From NCBI GenBank assembly GCA_963667565.1, contig OY763415.1:1184001-1248000 (forward strand): 64,000 nucleotides of DNA. The letters run 5' to 3'. Position 1 is the first letter of the stretch; each line of letters begins with the position of its first letter. Below are positions 59,728-64,000 of the stretch, one piece after another. The position numbers and the translations under genes are program-made. The notes below the pieces were generated by a model. That model made no database searches and had not been told where the DNA came from. It saw only the letters and a list, made by a program, of their open reading frames with translations. The DNA comes from Acholeplasmataceae bacterium. Lineage in GTDB: Bacteria; Bacillota_I; Bacilli_A; Acholeplasmatales; Acholeplasmataceae.

Positions 59728-60366
59728 TTAGTCTACCATGCAATCGCCAGTACCGTAAGATCCAGAACCTCTAGAACCATGAGTACCTTTAAACATGTTT
59801 TGGAAACCATTTTTAACGCCATTTGCTAAATCGTATCCTGCACCAGCAAGTCTATCTTTAGAGAATGCTGCTAAATGATGAGTTGAAGCATTGATTAATG
59901 TTTGGAATACTGTTGCAACATCATCTGGAAGATCTTGAGCTAAAAACGCTTGGTATAATTCAATATTTGCAGTTTCTGCAACAACACCAGTTGCTAAAGC
60001 ACTTGCGATTGAATCAGGAATTTCAGTAACAACGATATCATTGACTGGAACTTCAATACCATAAGTTTCAAATAATGGTAATAATAAATCGATATGAGTT
60101 TGTTCAGCTAATACAATATTCGTAAATGGTTTTACTTCACCATAAGTATCAATAATTGCTTGATAAGTTGCTTGAGCTGTATATTCATCAATTAGTGCAT
60201 AAGTTAACATATCTTCTAATGAGTATTCACCATTTTCATCAACTGTGAGTGTTGTTACATCGACTGAACCAACTTCAACTGAATCTGCGTTAACACCATA
60301 ACTAATAAATGCTACGCCACCTAAAATTAAACCTAAGAAAATAAATAATTTAACATGTTTCTTCAT
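59728..60366 (-). CDS. Exported ferritin-like (DUF2202-type) protein
   Basis: Signal/TM; DEY-x-A-x-x-x-Y, PFTNI-x-x-AEQTH, E-x-x-NI-x-x-Y, AS-x-x-HL-x-AF. Confidence 0.75.
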   Translation of the reverse strand: MKKHVKLFIFLGLILGGVAFISYGVNADSVEVGSVDVTTLTVDENGEYSLEDMLTYALIDEYTAQATYQAIIDTYGEVKPFTNIVLAEQTHIDLLLPLFETYGIEVPVNDIVVTEIPDSIASALATGVVAETANIELYQAFLAQDLPDDVATVFQTLINASTHHLAAFSKDRLAGAGYDLANGVKNGFQNMFKGTHGSRGSGSYGTGDCMVD

Positions 60367-60455
60367 AAAACAATTGCCTCCTTTTGTTTCTGTACTATAT
60401 ATACAATCAACTTGTGGAGTTTATTGGTCTTATATTGAAATATGTGAATTTTATG

Positions 60456-61811
60456 TTATTTTAATATTTTCTTAATGAGTCTTTCTTTTGATTCTGAATA
60501 CGGTGGATATGCAAGTGTATGATGAATCTTCTTTGTGACAATAGATTTCATATGACTAAAAGTATCAAATGATGTTTTACCATGATAAGCACCTATGCCA
60601 CTTTGTCCTACACCACCAAATGGTATATGCCCATTTGAGACATGCATAATTGTATCATTAATTGCACCACCACCAAATGACAATTCCAAAAGCACTTTAT
60701 TGATATGTTTCTTGTTTTTTGAAAACATATATAATGCTAATGGTTTTTCACCTTGTTTTAATTGTGCGATTAATTCATCTAAATTCGAATATGTTAAGAT
60801 AGGAAGAATTGGACCAAATATTTCTTCTTGCATTACTTTATCAGTTGTTTCTACATCGCTTAAAATCGTTGGAGAAATAAAATTGTTTTCCATATTAAGT
60901 TGATTCCCATAGACCACTTTATCGTCATCAATTAAGTTTTTTAATCGATTGAAGTGACCTTGGTGGATAATATGTCCAAAGGTTTCTTCGTTACTATATC
61001 TTATTTCTATTTCTTTTTTTAGTAGTTTGATGAGCTCATTTTTTTTACTTTCATGTACATAAATATAATCTGGAGCAATACATGTTTGACCGGCATTCAT
61101 AAATTTCCCAAAAGAGATACTTGCTGCTGCTTTTTTTAAATTCGCAGATTCATCAATAATCGTTGGACTTTTTCCACCAAGTTCTAATGTCACAGGTGTT
61201 AGATGTTTACTTGCTTTTTCATAAACGATTTGACCAACACGTGTAGATCCAGTAAAAAAGATGTAATCAAAACGTTCATCTAAGAGTTTTGATGTTACTT
61301 GATAGTCACCAGTAACAACATCTATATATGAAGGATTAAATGTTTCTTGAATCATCTTTGCTACAACTTTTTCGACTTCTTTAGCATATTCACTTGGTTT
61401 AATAATTACAGTGTTACCTGAAGCAATCGCACCAACAAGAGGTTCTAATACCAATTGTGCTGGATAATTATATGGACCAATAATGAGTACTTGTCCATAA
61501 GGTTCAGGATATATATAAGAATTTGATCCAAACATAAAAATTGGTGTCTTTCTTCTTTTTGGTTTCATCCATTGTTTTAAATGTTTAAGTGCATATGATA
61601 TTGAATGTAGTGTAAATCCAATTTCAGTTGAATAAGCTTCAAATGAAGATTTATGCAAATCATGATATAAAGCATCCTTTAATGGTTGCTCATATTTAAT
61701 GATTGCATTTTTCAATTTTAATAGTTGTTCTTTTCTATATTTATATGAAAGTGTTTGGTTGGTGCTAAAAAACTTCTTTTGATTATTGATCATTTCATTC
61801 ATAACATTCAT
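60456..61811 (-). CDS. Aldehyde dehydrogenase (ALDH3-like)
   Basis: GPYNYP, KPSE, FTGS, LELGGKSP, NAGQTCIAPDY, EEIFGP, PFGGVG. The start may instead be ATG 61802. Confidence 0.93.
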   Translation of the reverse strand: MNVMNEMINNQKKFFSTNQTLSYKYRKEQLLKLKNAIIKYEQPLKDALYHDLHKSSFEAYSTEIGFTLHSISYALKHLKQWMKPKRRKTPIFMFGSNSYIYPEPYGQVLIIGPYNYPAQLVLEPLVGAIASGNTVIIKPSEYAKEVEKVVAKMIQETFNPSYIDVVTGDYQVTSKLLDERFDYIFFTGSTRVGQIVYEKASKHLTPVTLELGGKSPTIIDESANLKKAAASISFGKFMNAGQTCIAPDYIYVHESKKNELIKLLKKEIEIRYSNEETFGHIIHQGHFNRLKNLIDDDKVVYGNQLNMENNFISPTILSDVETTDKVMQEEIFGPILPILTYSNLDELIAQLKQGEKPLALYMFSKNKKHINKVLLELSFGGGAINDTIMHVSNGHIPFGGVGQSGIGAYHGKTSFDTFSHMKSIVTKKIHHTLAYPPYSESKERLIKKILK

Positions 61812-61919
61812 CCTTTATCTGATAATGATTTCATTAGTTATTATAACACTAAAAAGCATATTCGATGAATAGTACCATGAATTGAATTATAATAATGACA
61901 ATATAAGGAGGATTAACTT

Positions 61920-62507
61920 ATGGGTGAAAAAAACTGGAAAGTAGATGACTTAATTGATAACACATTAAAGTTTAAAGATGAAGTTATCGCACTAAGAGAA
62001 CTATTATTAACAACACAACTATTTGAAGATCGCAAATGGGGACAACCCTGTTATACACTTGACGATAAAAATATCGTCATCATTGGTGCATTTAAAAATT
62101 ATGTTACGTTAAGTTTTCATAAAGGCACTTTAATGAAAGACCCCTATAAAGTTTTAGTTAGTCCTGGTGAAAATTCAAGAGCTGTTAAGTTTTATAAATT
62201 CACTACCGTAGAAGAAATCAAGCAAGCAAAACCAATCATTTTAGAATATATTAATGAAGCGATTGAAATCGAGAAAAAAGGATTAAAAATCGAACCAATT
62301 AAACCAAACTCAGAACCCTATCCTGATGAACTTAAAGATATGTTTAAAGAAATGCCGGAATTTGAACAAGCCTTTGAAAGTTTAACACCTGGAAGAAGAC
62401 GTGCTTATCTGATGTTCTTCAACGCTGCGAAACAATCTCAAACTAAAATTAATAGAATTGAAAAATATATGGACCTTATCTTTGAAGGTAAAGGTATGAA
62501 TGATTAA
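61920..62507 (+). CDS. YdeI/OmpD-associated (DUF1801) family protein
   Basis: KWGQPCY, FHKG, P-x-EL...F-x-x-LTPGRRRAY...AKQSQT-x-x-x-RI. AGGAGG RBS. Confidence 0.88.
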   Translation: MGEKNWKVDDLIDNTLKFKDEVIALRELLLTTQLFEDRKWGQPCYTLDDKNIVIIGAFKNYVTLSFHKGTLMKDPYKVLVSPGENSRAVKFYKFTTVEEIKQAKPIILEYINEAIEIEKKGLKIEPIKPNSEPYPDELKDMFKEMPEFEQAFESLTPGRRRAYLMFFNAAKQSQTKINRIEKYMDLIFEGKGMND

Positions 62508-62512
62508 TAAAT

Positions 62513-62560
62513 AAAAAAATGAGTGCATCCGTCACAAACAAATGGATGCCCTCATTTTTT
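62513..62560. terminator. Bidirectional terminator
   Basis: AAAAAATGAGtGCATCC ... GGATGCcCTCATTTTTT between convergent genes. Confidence 0.7.
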
Positions 62561-62563
62561 TAT

Positions 62564-63121
62564 CTATTTCTTAAGTTTGTTTATATATCTTTGTCCTGCT
62601 TTAATCGCATCGATATTAATATCTGCCATATGTGCTTTTCTCTTACCTAAAAACTTTATTAATGCTTCTTTAATCGTATCATCATCAAAGAGCTTAGTAA
62701 GTTCTAGATATGCACCTAACATAACCATATTTGCCACTTGTGCTTGACCAAGTTCAATAGCAATATCATTAACTGGAATACCAATACTTTGAACTTTTTC
62801 ATGTTTTTTAACATCACTTATTAATGATGCATTATATAAAATGATACCATTATCCTCAATTTTATCTTCGAATTTAACCAATGATGGTTGGTTGAATACT
62901 ATCAAATGATTAGCTTTATTAAAGACTGGTGAATTAATTTGGTCTTTTGAAACAATCACTTGACAATTTGCAGTACCACCTCTAGTCTCAGGTCCATATG
63001 ATGGGAACCATAGAGCATTTAATGATTTTATAGTTGCTGCATGCGCTAAGACTTGTCCAAACATCATAACACCTTGACCACCAAATCCAGCAACTCTTAT
63101 ATGAATATCATTATGACTCAT
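62564..63121 (-). CDS. 2-oxoacid:ferredoxin oxidoreductase gamma subunit
   Basis: AGFGGQGV, WFPSYGPETRGG, ANMVMLGA. Start at ATG 63121. Confidence 0.9.
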   Translation of the reverse strand: MSHNDIHIRVAGFGGQGVMMFGQVLAHAATIKSLNALWFPSYGPETRGGTANCQVIVSKDQINSPVFNKANHLIVFNQPSLVKFEDKIEDNGIILYNASLISDVKKHEKVQSIGIPVNDIAIELGQAQVANMVMLGAYLELTKLFDDDTIKEALIKFLGKRKAHMADINIDAIKAGQRYINKLKK

Positions 63122-63860
63122 CTTGATCACCCTTATCTTTAAACACACCTAATGGATAAACTTTAGACATATCTGTTTCAACCCACTTCATTGCTTCAAA
63201 AGGTGTCATACCCCAATTGACAGGACATGTTGATAAAATCTCAATCATCGTAAAACCTTTTTGTTCTATTTGATATGTGAATGCTTTTTTAATTGCTTTT
63301 TTAGCACGAATGACATGTTTTGGATCAAATAATGCAACTCTTTCTAAATAAGCAACACCTTCTATTTGTGAAAATATTTCTGATATCTTTATAGGATTCC
63401 CATGTGTATGAGCATCTCTACCTAGTTGCGACGTTGTTGTTTTTTGACCAAGAAGTGTTGTTGGTGCCATTTGACCACCTGTCATACCATAAATGGCGTT
63501 GTTGACAAATATCACAGTGATGTTTTCACCGCGATTTGCTGCATGAATCGTCTCAGCAATTCCAATGGATGCTAAGTCACCATCACCTTGATATGTAAAG
63601 ACAACATGATTGGGTAAAACTCTTTTGATTCCGGTTGCTTCTGCACAAGCCCTCCCATGAGGTGCTTGTTGCATATCACAATTGAAAAATTCATATGCAT
63701 ACACAGAACATCCAACACTAGCAACACCAACAGTTTTGCCTAATACACCAAGCTCTTCTAAAACTTCTGCCACCAATTTATGTGATATACCATGTGTACA
63801 TCCTGGGCAATAAGTTAAAGGTTTATCTGTGAGACCCTTTGTTTTTTGATATTTGATCAT
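63111..63860 (-). CDS. 2-oxoacid:ferredoxin oxidoreductase beta (TPP-binding) subunit, VOR-like
   Basis: YCPGCTHG, VGCS, HGRA, QGDGDL...NNAIYGMTGGQMAPTT, STCP. Confidence 0.92.
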   Translation of the reverse strand: MIKYQKTKGLTDKPLTYCPGCTHGISHKLVAEVLEELGVLGKTVGVASVGCSVYAYEFFNCDMQQAPHGRACAEATGIKRVLPNHVVFTYQGDGDLASIGIAETIHAANRGENITVIFVNNAIYGMTGGQMAPTTLLGQKTTTSQLGRDAHTHGNPIKISEIFSQIEGVAYLERVALFDPKHVIRAKKAIKKAFTYQIEQKGFTMIEILSTCPVNWGMTPFEAMKWVETDMSKVYPLGVFKDKGDQDES

Positions 63861-64000
63861 TATTCCACCACCTTATCTTTGAAGTTTAGAATTGCTTCTA
63901 CAACTTCCTCAGGTTCAGGAACCATACCGCCTACACGTCCAAAAAATCCAACTTCAAACCGACCTTTATTAGAAATAAGAACATCATCAAGCATTTGACC
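63860..64000 (-). CDS. C-terminus of 2-oxoacid:ferredoxin oxidoreductase alpha subunit (partial)
   Basis: Manual translation GQMLDDVLISNKGRFEVGFFGRVGGMVPEPEEVVEAILNFKDKVVE*. TAATG overlap with the beta subunit. Confidence 0.8.
   Translation of the reverse strand, partial: GQMLDDVLISNKGRFEVGFFGRVGGMVPEPEEVVEAILNFKDKVVE

Noticed and set aside
899..62747. Numerous 60-140 aa ORFs in the track that are antisense to or nested in long genes (e.g. 5360-5698, 42582-42935, 45120-45539, 49702-50019)
   Set aside because: They are shadow frames of well-supported genes with no recognisable motifs.

Overview
Low-GC, gene-dense chromosomal window, most likely from an Acholeplasmataceae-type Mollicute. This is inference from UGA used as a stop, a single tRNA-Trp(CCA), an OppF with a long coiled-coil insert, and many lipoproteins. 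Almost all genes lie on the minus strand. In order, it contains: an opp peptide-uptake locus flanked by InlB-B-repeat lipoproteins and an S41 protease; bcp plus pyruvate:ferredoxin oxidoreductase; a 10-gene coupled operon cydA-cydB-rnfD'G'-rnfE'-rnfA'-nqrB-nqrC-nqrD-nqrE-nqrF; an interleaved class Ib/class III ribonucleotide reductase operon nrdI-nrdD-nrdG-nrdE-nrdF-nrdH; a pstSCAB-phoU-phoPR operon; corA; several ABC transporters; a YerC/TrpR-like regulator with visible operators; a PAS-GGDEF protein; a 1359-aa repeat lipoprotein; an aldehyde dehydrogenase; and the end of a 2-oxoacid:ferredoxin oxidoreductase operon. Four tRNAs (Leu, Gln, His, Trp) are interspersed. I saw no mobile element or CRISPR array. 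There are two best candidates for undescribed biology. (1) The cyd/rnf-like/nqr operon: its CydA has lost most of the Q-loop, NqrA/RnfC/RnfB are absent, and a second membrane module has lost its Fe-S cysteines. (2) A structured terminator/antiterminator leader in front of the nrd operon that matches no riboswitch class I recognise.
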